From Chiloscyllium plagiosum (lineage: Eukaryota): a DNA stretch of 64,000 nt. The translations under genes were made by a program, and so were the position numbers. The number at the start of each line of letters is the position of its first letter. The first letter of the stretch is position 1. The stretch lies in the NCBI RefSeq assembly GCF_004010195.1, contig NC_057745.1, positions 21,278,204 to 21,342,203 on the forward strand. Reading direction: 5' to 3'. The notes beneath the pieces are model-generated. The model did no database searches, was not told the origin of the DNA, and worked only from the letters and a program-made list of their open reading frames with translations. Shown one piece after another: positions 41,240 through 55,165 of this stretch.

Positions 41240-41815
41240 ATTCCCTGTATAAAACATAATAAACATAGTCCTAAATCATCATTGGCAATTACTCGTCAAT
41301 GATTGCCCACTGAGGAAATGCTGCGTCACTGGTCACTGGTTCGGTGCGTCCTTGTGTGGCTGATGAGCTGCATCTCTGACCACATGTTTGGCAGGTGTTT
41401 CTGGGAGTTGGGATTGGTGCTTGGTCTCCAAATCACTTGCATTCCTTCCTCAGATTCCTTTTCCAAACTCCCTCTTGCTGTTGAGTGTTCTTGAAGCATT
41501 GTGATCCCTCATAGAGGAGCTTCCTCCAAGTTGGTTTCTTCTGAGTGAAGGTCTCCCACCCATTGATGTCTATGTTGCATTTCTTGAAGGGAGCTTCAGG
41601 GAGTTTCTGAAATGCTTTCTTGGTCCTCCTCTCATTCCAGGGCCTTCCAAGAGCTGAGTGAAGAGAATTTGCTTTGACAGTCACTACTCAAGTATCCAAA
41701 GCACGTGGCCAGTTGGTTTCAGATGAGTGTGGTCTCAATGCCAGTGCAATTGGCTGCTTTAAAGATGCTGCTGCTAGTACGCCTGTGCTCCCAGCTGATG
41801 TGAAGAATCTGTCTA
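41240..41815 (-). mobile_element. RTE-clade LINE 3' fragment
   Basis: KKCNIDINGWETFTQKKPTWRKLLYEGSQCF followed by a TCQTCG zinc-finger-like motif, typical of RTE C-termini. Confidence 0.65.
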
Positions 41816-42689
41816 GGTAAAAAAATAAGCTGGCCTCTGTATGGCATCGAAGAAGGTCTCAAAAGCCAGGTCCTACTGTTCTCAAGAGTTATTCAGACAT
41901 AAAAGCATTATTATTAACAACCAGAAATTTGCCTCTATGCTTATCACAACCAGTTGAATAAGACATTGATATTCAGTGTCAGAGTCCATCTCTGACAATA
42001 ACCTATTGTTATGAATGTAAATAAACCTTGATTTAAAATTAGAAAAGCATTTCCCTCATGGTCATTTGATTTCCTCCTTCTGTTTATTCTGAAAACTTGG
42101 CATAAGTGTGGTCGACTCAATTGCAACATAATTTTCCTCCCTTTCATCCCTCTCTCACCACACATCTTCCCCACACCCCCACCCCGGGGGGAGTTGATCA
42201 TTGCTGATATTCTCAAATTCTTGGCAATTCCCTCCAGTCAATATATTTTGGGTCTTTCCACAAAGTTCAGTTCAAACCTGCCCAATGCATACTTGAATTC
42301 AAACAATAGAAAGCAAAGGAACATAGGTCATTTTGAGATATTGATTTTGTTTTTGATGCTTATGAATTACTAGTTATTTTTGGAGGAGGCTTAATCATAA
42401 CTTGAAGTGAAATCAAAAATGAATTGACCAATTGTTCTGACATTGAATTTGTAGATGTTGATTCTGAAACAAGAGATGATAAAATACACATGCATAGCAC
42501 GTGTGCCCATAGATACCTAATTTTTTAAGACAAGTGCTTACACACCAGGAATCAAAGTGCTGTCGACAGCAATGCATTAATAATGTATTGCCAACAATCT
42601 ACAAATTACATGGCAACACCAGGAAGTATGCATGAATGTGATTATATTTTCAGGGAGTGGAATTAGCTCACTCACTCACGAGTGTTAGT

Positions 42690-42990
42690 TGTGGCTCAGT
42701 TGCCAATGCTTTTTGCCTCTGAATCAGAAGATTGTGTGTTCACATCATATCCCAGGTATCTCAGCACAATAAACTCTAGGCTGCTCCTCCAGTGTTGTGT
42801 GGAGCGATGGCTGCACTTTCGGAGATGTGATGTTTGAAATGAGCCCCCATCTGCTCTCTCAGGTGGATGTAAAAGATTCTGCAGCAATATTTTTTAAGAT
42901 CAGTGGGGTCTTACCTCCAGTCTTCTGGCAATATTTATCCCACAGTCAATATCACAAAAACTGATGATTTGGCCATTCTCACATTGCTAT
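42690..42990 (+). mobile_element. DeuSINE (SacSINE1-like), head + Deu domain
   Basis: tggctcagt...gcctctgaatcagaagattgtg.gttca tRNA-like head; ctgctctctcaggtggatgtaaaagat...caatatttatccc.cagtcaatatcac. Confidence 0.75.
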
Positions 42991-43398
42991 TTATTTATAG
43001 GTGTGAGAAATTCCTATTTAACTGGAGGTCAACAATTCTCTTTGTTACATGGAATTCAAAACAATCAGTAAACATTTTTATATAAGTGACCCAAATAATC
43101 TTACTCCTGTTAGAAATAATCTAATTTCCTAAGAAAACCTTACATTTTCAAAATACTTCTCAAACACAGACAAGGCTATTTCTCCCTTCAAATTATATTG
43201 ATTTTTACTTTATTAAAAATTTTAAAACAGTAGACTTATCTCAACAAATTTTGTTTAAAGTGTCCCTTTTCACATGAGTAACGATTGGATAATAAATGCG
43301 GAAATAGTCTCTAAGGAGCGACGGTTCATTTTAAATGGCACAATATCGAGGATTTTTAAAGGAAGCTTAATTTCACAATGGTTCCCTCCATCTCGAAA

Positions 43399-43632
43399 TA
43401 AAAACCGAAGGAATTGCAGATGCTATAAATCAGAAACAAAACCAGAAAATGCTGGAAAAGCTCATCAGATCTGGCAGCATCTGTGGAGAGAAATCAAAGT
43501 TAACGTTTCAGGAAGAGGGACCCTTCATTAGAAGAAGGTTCTAAGGAAGAGTCACTGGACCCGAAACATTAAATCTGATTTCTCTCCACGGATGTTGCCA
43601 GACCTGCTGAGCTTTTCCAGCATTTTTCTATT
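43399..43632. mobile_element. Foldback PLE end
   Basis: gaaaatgctggaaaagctca...ctgctgagcttttccagcatttttc inverted arms; decayed hammerhead core at 43538-43573. Confidence 0.75.
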
Positions 43633-44619
43633 TTCCATCCCAAATTATGTTGGTGCCTTTTGATCATGTTTTACAAATTTGCCAACTGTGAGCAGGTTGT
43701 CTATTTTAATGTTTGAGGAAAGATTCTGCAGTAGATTCAACTGTGCACCTGCAACACAGAATATGGGGTAAGAAGTGGCAGCTGTGTCCCTCTGGTGGTA
43801 ACATAAGTAAACTGCAATGTGATGGCTCGGGTTTTCACAATATGCCATTATTTTTAAAACAAATCGTGCTGCCTAATTTATCTGAATTTATTGAGCTTTT
43901 TTCTAAACACAATCAATCATAGAGTCATAGAATGCTTTTATTTTAAATGTTGTCGAGTGTAAAGGAAGAAGTCAGAGAAAATACAAAAGGCAGCTATATA
44001 TTGTGCACTGTATGAAATGCATAATCTTAACAGAAATTGTAATAATTGTGTAATAATAATAAGTCACATTAAGGCTAATAAGCATCAATAACTTTGGTTT
44101 TACTCAGTGAGTTAAAATAAAAATTCAATTGTTATGAACTAATTCAAGTGGAATTATATTTTCGATCAGGATGAGTTTGATTGTTCATTGTTACATTTTG
44201 GATTAATTAAAACTGCGCAAACTAAAGTGATTATGTGAAATTACAGCATGCTGTGTCTTTGAGTCTTTGATCAGTGTCTCAGTTACTGGCAATTAGAATG
44301 CATCAGCTCTTTTTAGTGTTAATTGTTGTACCTCAAAAGGTGACTTGTATTTCTTTTGTGTAGAACTAAAGTGACAGCTATTTTAAATTCTTAGATTTGA
44401 ACATTTGATTGAGAAGATTTCTGACCGTAATTTCAGTCCCGCAAATCATTCTCTTTGTGGAAATACCTGCTTATTAACAATGCTGAATTTTCCTGCATCA
44501 CAGCACTGCAGTTGCCAGAGATTTTTTGTCAGAAACATTTAAAGGAATACACCACTAAAATATCTAGCGAAAGAATTTCCTTTCAATGAGATTCATAATG
44601 ACACATAATTGCCTTAATT

Positions 44620-45212
44620 GCTCAGGACTTTGAATGTAGGCATTAGGACATCACGTAGAGTTTCTACAGGACATTGGTGGACCCCTTCTGGAGTACTGTG
44701 TACAGTTGTGGTCTCCCTGTTATAGGAAGGATATGATCAAACTAGACAGGATTCAGAAAAATTCACAAGGATGGTGCCAGGACTTGATGGTTTGGGTTAG
44801 ACTGGATAGGCTGGCACTTCTTTCACTGGAGTGTGGGAGATTGAGGAGTGACCTTATAGAGGTTTATAAAATCAGGAGGGGCAAAGATAAGGTGAATAGC
44901 AAGAGTCTTTTCCCTAGGGTTTGGGAGTTCAAATCAAGGGGCATATTTTAAGGTGAAAGGCGAAATATTTAAAAAGGACAATGAGGCGCAACTTTTTTTT
45001 TACAGAATGGGGTCTGTGTGTGGAATGAACTGCCAGAGGAAGTGGTGGGTGCAGGTACAGGTACAACAGTTAAAAAGCATTTGAATAAGGTACATGAATA
45101 GGAAAGGTTTGGAGGGATATGGGGCAAATACAGGCAGTTGGGACTAGTTTGAAAACATAGTCAGCGTGGAATGGTTGGACCAAAGGGTCTGTTTCTGTGC
45201 TGTATGAATATG
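44620..45212 (+). mobile_element. CR1 3' fragment
   Basis: WSPCYRKDMIKLDRIQK...LRSDLIEVYKI. Confidence 0.88.
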
Positions 45213-46185
45213 ACACCGTGCCCCATTTCTAATCTGAATAATTTGCATGTTGCAATTTAGGACACCAGCAAGTGAGACCTCAGGGGTTTTTCTGGGATTC
45301 GGGTTGGTGCAGGAGGAGTCACCTGTTCACCTGAATTCCTGGTCAGAAGTAATCGGAGTGTGTGGTAAAAGCAGAGGACAAAAGAAATGACCAGACAGCG
45401 GAACAGTGAACCTGGTGGAAGGATAAAACCAGTTGAATTCAGGACAACGCTATTCACCTATGCCAGCTGGTGGAAGACCTGGTCACTCGCTAGTTTCCCT
45501 TGACAGCCTCAGCTGTACTGACTGATGCAGAATTGACATACACCATGAGAGAGAAGTCTCCGGGGTGGGGGACAGACTACTGACCACCACCATTCCCTTA
45601 CCCAAAGATGGGTTAGAATGTAACTCCCTGCCACAAACAGCAGTCATTAATAAAGGTGCATCGAAGAGGGAAGCCTCATTAATACTTAGATAAGAAAGGA
45701 GTAGACTGATTTAACGTGAAGGAAGGTAGGAAAAGTGGTGGAGGAAAAATCACTGGCATCAATCAGTATGCCAAATGGCATGCTCCTGTGCTAGATATTC
45801 TATCCAAGTTCAACTTCTGGAAGCAATTGTAGGAAGTAGTCTCGCTGGGTAGGTTTTTCTTTTGCAGACAGGACACTATATGGCTCATCATAGACAGATA
45901 TTGTTTGATGTTGAGTGGCTGACTACTTACAGGGGAATTAAAACAATCATTCACATTCAATATATTTCCAGTCCCTTTTGTTGTTTGTACAAAATCTTTG
46001 CAATTTTACAAACTAAGAGGGGAAATCTAACTGCCCTTAACACCCACTGGGCTTCCTCTCATTTGTGTGAGGGCCATCCCAAATATGGTCCAAATGGCAG
46101 GATCTTATGGGCACCTGAGTGGGCAAGACATCCAGAGAGGCCCAGCTGATGCCAAGAACATCTCTCTGCATTGTTTATGCATCTG

Positions 46186-46262
46186 GATTAGTGGTGCTGG
46201 AAGAGCACAGCGGTTCAGGCAGCATCCAAGGAGCAGGAAAATCAACGTTTTGGGCAAAAGCC
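46186..46262 (-). mobile_element. PLE terminal fragment with 10-bp TSD
   Basis: tatgcatctg duplicated at 46176-46185 and 46263-46272. Confidence 0.7.
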
Positions 46263-46347
46263 TATGCATCTGCTGAGTAGGTTTCTCATGAGGTTGTGGC
46301 AGGTTGCAAACTATGAGGAGCTCTATTTCAGAATTCTCTTAATGCTA

Positions 46348-46980
46348 CATGCAGGTGGTTAGGAAGGCAAATGTAATGCTGGCATTCATTTCAAGAGGGC
46401 TAGAAAACACAAGTGTTGATGTTCTACTGAGGCTATAAAAGGCTCTGGTCAGACTGCATTTACAATATTGTCATGGTTTTAGGTCCCATATTTGAGGTAG
46501 GACATGCTAAGCTTGGAGGGGGTCGAGATGGGGTTTGCAAGAACGATCCCAGGGATGACGGGCTTGTCACATGAGGAGTGGTTTGGGACTCTGGGTCTGT
46601 ACTCAATGGAGTTTAGAAGGATGAGTGGGGAACTGACTGAAATTCATAGAATACTGAGAGGCCTGGATAGAGTGGACAAAGAGATGTATCCACTAGTAGA
46701 AGAGACTAGGATTCGAGGGCACAGAGTCAGAGTGGAGGGATCACCCTTTCGAACTGAAATGAGATGGACTTTCTTCAGGCAAAAGGTGGGGAATCTGTGG
46801 AACTCATTGCTACAGAAAGCTGGGGAGGCCAAGTCACTAAGCTTACTTCAGACAGAGATAGACTGGTTCTTGATTGGTATGGGGATCAAAGGTTATGGGG
46901 AGAAGGCCATATCAGCCACGATCAAATGACACACCAGACTCGATGGGCTGAATGACCTAATTCCGCTCTGAAATCCTATG
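46348..46980 (+). mobile_element. CR1 3' fragment
   Basis: LGLYSMEFRRMSGELTEIHRILRGLDRVD...LWNSL. Confidence 0.88.
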
Positions 46981-48661
46981 GGTGCTGCTCTCCTTCCTGA
47001 ACCACGAGGTGCAACATTGAAGTTTTTGCTTTTTGACAGAAACTGTTTGTGCAGGCACAATGAGCCAAACAGCCTCCCTCGGAGAGCCACGAACTGCATT
47101 ACCTTTTGATGGAGTCATAGAACACTGGGAAGATGCTGTTGGTTTTGAAATTAATTTCCAGTTCTCTAACTGGCCACATGAAGAAATCTGGAACTCAACT
47201 CATTAACCATGAGACAACAGATAAAAATAACCAAAAACAGACTGGGAAGGAAAACCTGAAGGAAAGGTAGAACTTAGCTGTTCAACTTCAAACTGCTTTG
47301 GAGGAATCTAATGAGGCTTAGTGTTTTATAGAAACGGTGATCAGACAACTCTTAGATACTGTAGCATTTTGTTTTAAAATTATGGCAAAAAGAGATGAAT
47401 ATTTTATCCACCCAGTACAAAGTGATGTGGAAAAATAGTGAAGATCCTCAGTTCACCATAAAAGTCATCTCTCTTCTCATTCTAGCCTTGCCCATGTGAC
47501 CAAAACTATACTGTCCATTTCAACATTTAAGTTAACCCAACATCTGATCCAATTATTGTTCAATCAAATTATTCTTTTCCCCACCTCCTCTCAATCCTAA
47601 CATTTCTGTTTGCTCCCCACCCTGTCACCCAGTTATTTCAGATACTTGGTCTGCACTCCCTATCGCCTCTCCAACACACAGCAACTCAGCTTCCAATCTC
47701 TGCAGTAGTACCCATTTTGAATCATCCACCTTTCCACTTCAAAGACCTTCAATGTGATGTCACTTCTCAAAGTAATGCTGTTGTTGGAGAATTTGTAAAT
47801 CATCTTATCAAAATCTCCAACATTGGTACCGTTCAGGTCAGTGACAGGGCCAAACAAGTGTTGAGTCATGTGGCCAAGGCTAATATAGGCCTAGAAATAA
47901 CTGTGAAAGTGATCCCATCTAGACCCCACTCCCCCAAACCCCAACAGCATATTTACTGAAATAGTACAAAACCCAATTTCTGTTGTAGTAATCTAAGCAT
48001 CTCTCTCAGAATGAGCAGTAAACTACCCTATCTAGATGCTGTATAGAAACAGCTAGATGAAAATTTACATATTAAGAGTGAAATATAGATACCAGAAATT
48101 TTACTCATGTTCTACATGTGTAGTTTAGTATCAACACTTTAAAATAAAAATCTATAATTATCATTCAAGATAAATGGGATGTATCATTACAACCAATTTA
48201 CCCTTGACTAAAACAGCCAATCCACTTTCACTTCCAACTCAGTGGCCAGTTATTTCTGGATATGGAGAATTCTGTGACAGGCCAACATAGCTGCTATTGC
48301 TTGACTGATTTACAATCTGCCACCCAAACCCTGTCCTCTCACCTACCACATCTTCTCCAGGATCGCCGTGTTTGATGCTGTTTAGTAGAAAACACTAGCA
48401 ATTGTGAGTAAATGGAGTCAGAAGTGGAGTCAGTGGTTACAGAGGAGTGGCTATAGTCTGAATGTCAAACCATCAAACAAAACGCAACACCTACCAGTAG
48501 CATTGGGGTTCTACATGCCTACACTGGTCTACATCATACATCTTTTATACTGGCTGTGACCTCAGATGAGTGCTGATACATACAGGTATCCTAAACAGCA
48601 CCAAACCCAGGTTGAACATGTTTCAATCCTAAGCATTGGTATCAACTTGAAATAATGCCAA

Positions 48662-48866
48662 CTATAAACAGAAGTTGCTGGATAAACTTATCAAGGCTGG
48701 CAGCATCCGTGGGGAGGAAGCATATTCTGATAAAAAGTCACTGGACTCAAATTGTTAACCCTATTTTCTTCCCATGGCTGCTCGAAGACCTGCTGAGCTT
48801 CTCCAGCAATTTCTGTTTTTATTTCAGATCCCTGGCACCCACAGTTCTTTGTTTTATATTGTTTAA
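48662..48866. mobile_element. Foldback PLE end with 15-bp TSD
   Basis: ttgaaataat(g/a)ccaa at 48647-48661 and 48867-48881. Confidence 0.7.
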
Positions 48867-48944
48867 TTGAAATAATACCAATTGCCTTGTTTTAAAAAGT
48901 TAAACTTATACCCTGTACATTGTTTTCTGGCAACAGCAAATGAG

Positions 48945-50400
48945 TAGAGTCACAGAGTCATACAGATGTACAGCACAAGTCACCTGTGTCCCAACCCAAT
49001 CTAGTCCCACCTGCCAGCACCGGCCCATATCCCTCCGAATCCTTCCTATTCATATACCCATCCTAATGCCTTTTAAATGTTGCAATTGTACCAGCCTCCA
49101 CCACTTCCTCTGGCAGCTCATTCCATACATACACCACCCTCTGCGTGAAAAAGTTGCCCCTTAGGTCCCTTTTATATCTTTCCCCTCTCACCCTAAATCT
49201 ATGCCCTCTAATTCTTTACTCCCCCACCCCAGGGAAAAGACTTTGTTTATTCATCCTTTTCTATTTACCCTATCCATTCCCCTCATGATTTAATAAACCT
49301 CTATAAGGTCACCCCTCAGCCTCCGATGCTCCAGGGAAAACAGCCCAGGCCTATTCAACCTCTCCCTATAGCTCAAATCCTCCAACCCTAGCAACATCCT
49401 TGTGTACAGCCACAACATGACCTCCTGACTCCTGTACTCAATACTCTGACCAATAAAGGAAAGCATACCAAACGCCTTCTTCGTTATCCTATCTACCTGT
49501 GACTCTACTTTCAAAGAGCTATGAATCTGCACTCCAAGGTCTCTTTGTTCAGCAACACTCCCTAGGACCTTACCATTAAGTGTAGAAATCCTGCTAAGAT
49601 TTGTTTTCCTAAAATACAGCACCTCACATTTATATGAATTAAACTCCATCTGCCACTTTTCAGCCCATTGGCCCATCTGATCAAGATCTCATTGTAATCT
49701 GAGGTAACCCTCTTCGCTGTCCACCACATCTCCAATTTTGGTGTCATCTGCAAACTTACTAACTATACCTCTTATGCTCACATCCAGATCATTTATATAA
49801 ATTATGAAAAGTAGTGGGCCCAGCACTGATCCTCGTGGCACTCCACTGGTCACAGGCCTCCATCTGAAAAACAACCCTCCACCACCATCCTCTGTCTTCT
49901 ACCTTTGAGCCAGTTCTGTATCCAAATGGCTGGTTCTCCCTGTATTCCATGAGATCTAACCTTGCTAACCAGTCTCCCTTGTCAAATGTCTTACTGAAGT
50001 CCTTATAGATCATGTCCACTGCTCTATCCTCATCAATCCTCTTTGTTACTTCCTCAAAAAACTCAATCAAGTTTGTGAGACATGATTTCCCATGCACAAA
50101 GCCACGTTGACTATCCCGAATCAGTCCTTGCCTTTCCAAATACATGTACATCCTGTCCCTCAGGATTCCCTCCAACAACTTGCCACCGACGTCAGGCTCA
50201 CTGGTCAATAGTTCCCTGGCTTGTCCTTATCACCCTTCTTAAACAGTGGCACCACGTTAGCCAACCTCCAGTCTTCCAGCACCTCACCTGTGACTATCGA
50301 TGATGCAAATATCTCAGCAAGAGGCCCAGCAATCACTTCCCTAGCTTCCCACAGAGTTCTAGAGTACACCTGATCAGGTCCTGGGGATTTATCCACTTTT
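48945..50400 (-). mobile_element. CR1 LINE RT region, 5'-truncated and frameshifted
   Basis: DKSPGPD, KSCLTNLIEFFEEVT, GVPRGSVLGPLLFIIYINDLD, SKFADDTK. Confidence 0.95.
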
Positions 50401-50964
50401 AAATCTGCAGCTTTATTCTTGAACCCGACAAAAATATGGTAGAAGTTTAAGCAAGTGACTTATGTGGAGAACTACAATATTCCCAGGAATCCTCAAACAT
50501 CATGATGTCATCTGTCCAAAGAAATGTGCCCCCACAATACTGGCCATCATTTTGCATCTTAAACCTGAGAGTCCTCCAACTCCACTTATTCCGGCATCTT
50601 CCAAGATTTGTTGAGAATTGCTGCATTCGGAAATCAGTGTTTCATTTTCTCCTCCCTGAGACCTGCTCTGCATTTTCAGGTTTTTTTAAAATATATTATT
50701 ATGGCACAGGTAGAAAACACATGAAAACATGAAAAGCATCCCCAATTCTGGTTCGTAAACAGCGTGCATTTGATATGACTGTTGAGTAAATTCAGGCTCA
50801 ATAGAAGAATTACAGTGATGTGTGACTTATGTGTACTTGGAGTCCAATCATTTAATAATTTGAGTATCAATTTAGGGCTAGGTCACACTTTGATATCTTC
50901 TAATATAATTGGAAATTTGTGGCTGTACATCGACATTAGTATTAGGTGCATCTTCATATCATAT

Positions 50965-51330
50965 TCATAGCCCAGGCCATCACAGGAGCCAACCTCCCAT
51001 CCATGGACTCCACTTACATGGCTCACTGTTCAGAAAGGCTGCCATCATCAAAGACCCAGCACAACCCAGTAATGATCTCCTACAACCCAGCAGAAGATAC
51101 ATGCACCAGTAGGTTCAGGGACAGCTTCTTCCCACGTGTATTTGACTACTGAATGGACTCTCTCACCTCAAATAATGCTGATTTTGCTAACGTTGATCTC
51201 TCTTATATGCTCTGTGCAATGTTACCTATATGACTCCATCTAAATCCTGCTTACTTTAATTTGCCTGTACTGCTCGTAACAAAGCTTCTTGTTGTACTTT
51301 GGTACAAGTGACAATAAATAAATCAATCAG
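50965..51330 (+). mobile_element. Rex1/Babar-type LINE 3' fragment
   Basis: AQAITGANLPSMDSTY; TSRFRDSFFP; tail acaataaataaatcaatca. Confidence 0.7.
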
Positions 51331-53990
51331 TATGTAATGTCTGGTTGTGCCTAAGGGAAAAAACTCAAGATCATCATTTGTGATTCAAGAGAAAAGATGA
51401 TCTTAAGTATTTTCTAAACAACATTGAGGAAATAGAAACGAAGATATCAGATATTCAATCCTCCATTTCCCATTAATTAATTTGGAGGGACATTTAGTAT
51501 AACACTTTCCACTGCATTTTGTAACAAAATACACATGACAATAAATAAATAGTATTCTATTTGTTACAACATAAATACTTCCACCTCAGTAACAGAATAC
51601 CTGTGCCCATGGACAGACAAAATACAAGTACACTAGAAAAGATAACAAAGGTCAGAATCAAACACCTCCCCTCAACAACTAACATCAAGTTATATGTAAA
51701 TTGTAAAAGTAAAATTAAGTTGTAATATAATCCAGCTTGTAGGAGGTGTGGATCAACAGTTTGAAACTGCTAGTAATCTCACTCTACGCCACATAATGAG
51801 AAGAACTGAACTTGGAAGCTAAGGAACATGCATCAGACAAGTCAAAGGTAGCTTGATGTCGTACCACAAAAGCTTGGCAATGACTGACATACAATGCCAT
51901 GAAAGAAGTAGAAAGCATACTCCATCCCTCACCATTCACCATAAAGCACACAAAATTCACCAGATATAAACTTCATTATATTTCAATTCTATAATTTGAA
52001 ACATAATGTTAATTTTTGAAGAATCAATGGAACAGCAGCAACTTTCCGTTTCCCTTTTATAAAAATAAGGTTAGTACTGGCGCATATTGTGATGTTTGTA
52101 GCTCAATTGAAGTGGCTGTAATGGCCACAGTCTTTGTTTAGTCATCTGCATTGATTTATTCTGTGCATATTCAACAGCATAGCAACCAGAAGGACTCCTG
52201 CACAGGGCACTTCAACAGTTACACCAGCTCATGTGATTCCATTTAGTCGTATGTATCCGCTTCAGATTAACCTGCACCTAAATTTTATTGAAAAGGAATC
52301 AGCCTTTCAAAATGTTTCAATCCAAACTACGGCTTTATTTCCTAAAAGCCCAAACCTTATTTTGGACATAACCAGATAATAATCTCAACATACGGCATCT
52401 CCCCAACAAATCCACTCGCCTACAAAGAGGTAATCAAATGTTTGGTTGTGGCTGATCTGTAGTGGAAATTCTTACGCCCAGATAATTTTGTAACCTCTAT
52501 CCTGGATCCTCAATCTTACTCACATTATATCTTCTCTTCTCCATTCTCCATTGGCCCTAGTTCACTGAACCGATGAGTTAACCCTCCTAGAGGCACAGGT
52601 AATTTTCAGCACAACATGAACTCCAGTTAGCTCCTAAACACAGACTGAGTAATACAGCCTCTGGCTAATGCTTGATATGATACCATGGAAACTGCCGTAT
52701 TAGTCAACCTTTTACGTTGTCAACAGTTAAACAATAAGTTTAAACAAACATTTATGTTCATTTCCTGTGTCCCAAAAACACAATTTGCATCAGACTCTAA
52801 GATGCTGCAAGAAACTGGTGGTCAAAGGGATTTTCAGAAAATATCTTCAGATCTGGGATCACCTTTGAAAACCCCACTAAGCACTTGGGGGAAATTGAGG
52901 CAGCAAAACAGTTACTAGCCTCAGTATTCTTTGAATTGTTATCCATTATATTGGTTAAACATTGAAAAAACTGAAACCATCCATTTCCATCTCTGCAACA
53001 AAGTCAGTTTCCTTGTCACTAATTCCACCTCCTTTCCCAGTCATTCTCTTAAACTTTTTGCACCTTTAGATTTGACCCTGCATTGAGTTTCAGTCCCTCA
53101 ATGCTTTCTCTCAAAGTAACAATCCACTTCCACCCTAACAAAGTGCATCTCTGCTAATTTGCTGCTGAAACCTCCATTTATGCCACTGTCCCCTCCAATC
53201 CCAATTATTCCAATGCTCTCTTGCTCTTCTCTCATTTCACCAACCCCTGTAAATAAAAGATTGCTTTATCTAAGCTTCTGTTGCCCAAACTCAATCCTGC
53301 ATCAAATCCTTCGCAGTTACCAGCCCTTTCCTCTTTGGCAGGTTAAGAGTTTTAAGCTGGCTCTTAGTAGCCTCCTGAATAGTCAACACCTTCAATTTTA
53401 TCCTCTCATTCATATGTTCAAATACCCAAGGATGCAATAGACTTTTCTGAACTTCTCGTACACCACAAATCTCTGGGTTACAATATTCTAACAACCTGTT
53501 TAAAATTGTAGCACTTTGTTTATATTGCCTTGCCTCATTCTGCCTGCCACAGCGCATAGCTCTATATCTAAGTCGAGAGTATGATGCTGGAAAAGCACAG
53601 CAGGTCAGGCAGTATTCGAGGAGCAGGAGAATCGACCTTTCGGCCATCTCCATCAGCTCCATATCCGCCCATTTTACCTCCTGGTGTATGTTACTACCCA
53701 GCTCACTGCTCATTGTCTTTCAGAACAGGTCAGATTAGAAACTGAAAAACTTTCCTAGTTGCAGCTCCCTGAAAATGCTGTGCCTGATGGACAAGAACAA
53801 ATTGATGAATTGAAACGTATATTTTCTTGGCTAAAGAGGAAACACACTTTAGCTATTTACCTCCATTCTGGGCAAATTCTAATGAGATTTGGAGAACACT
53901 TGGGCATTTCTCCATATGAACAAGATGGGAACAGGCTTGGTTTCATTTTATATTTTATTTCTGGATTTTGCCAATGCCTGGTAATACCTT

Positions 53991-54220
53991 AGAAACAAAT
54001 TACTGCAGATGCTAGAAACTGTACTGAAAACAAAAAATGCTGGAAAGCACAGTGAGTCAGGCAGCATCTGTGGAGGGAGAGCAAGCTAATGTTTCGACTC
54101 AAATGACTCTTCAGAGCTGTTTGAAGATGATTAGTCATCTCGACTCAAAACGTTAGCTTGCTCTCCCTCCACAGATGCTGCCTGACCCACTGTGCTTTCC
54201 AGCATTTTTCTATTTTAGTT
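53991..54220. mobile_element. Foldback PLE end with 12-bp TSD
   Basis: ~85-bp inverted arms; tggtaata(c/a)ctt at 53979-53990 and 54221-54232. Confidence 0.8.
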
Positions 54221-54420
54221 TGGTAATAACTTTACCTCCTTTACCGGATGGATTCGCTCCTGAGTCATGATGGCAAACATTATTTATTTTTGGTTCAAAA
54301 TAAATCAAAGAATTTCACAAGGCAGAATAAAGCATCATCTCTGCCTGTATTCTAACTGTAGAAATGGGAGACTACTGACTAATGTTGAAGCATAGATCTC
54401 TCCTCACCCCAACTGATAAC

Positions 54421-54852
54421 GAGGTTTGAGAAGGTTTGTAGCTCAGGTTGAGGTTCTGGATGTAGGCTTGCTCACTGAGCTGGAAGGTTCATTTTCAGAC
54501 ATTTCATCACCATACTAGGTAACATCTTCAGTGAGCCTCCAGACGAAGCATAGCTGGCGTTTCCTGCTTTCTATCCATATGCTTGGGTTTCCTTTGGTGG
54601 GTGATGACATTTCCTGTGGTGACATCATTTCCTGTTCCTTTTCTCAGGGAGTGGTAGATGTGTTTGTTGATAGAGTTCCGGTTGGAATGCCATGCTTCTA
54701 GGAATTCTCATGCATGACTCTGTTTGGCTTGCCTTAGGATGGCTGTGTTGGCCCAGTCAAAATGGTGTCCTTCCTTATATATTCAGATAAGGAAGTATGG
54801 TGATGAAATGTCTGAAAATGAACCCTCCAGCTCAGCCAGCAAACCTACATCG
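54421..54852 (-). mobile_element. Penelope-like element 3' end with inverted partial arm
   Basis: Minus strand EFLEAWHSNRNSINKH; inverted copy of the terminus at ~54796-54851. Confidence 0.8.
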
Positions 54853-55165
54853 ACCACCTCAATTGATGCCACTTTGCCTCCCAAATAAGGCCAGTACTTC
54901 TACACGACATTCTCTTTTGAACTGACTCACACTCTGCTCAAAATTATAGTCAATTCAATGTTAGAAATTCATATCCGCCAAAAGATATGTTACAGCAACC
55001 CAACTTGACTACCTTCTCACTCCTTAGTGATAAAGAAAGAGGTTTCACCACATCAGTGTGCAGCTTGCTTTCACATGAAAAAGAACCAGCAAACAAAAAA
55101 TTAGCAATTAAAACTCACTATTTCTTTCCAATAACCTCAATCCCTTGAGGAAAACAGAGGGTATG

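Noticed and set aside
51368-51405. aagatcatc...gatgatctt hairpin
   Set aside because: A 9-bp stem is plausible by chance in 64 kb of AT-rich DNA
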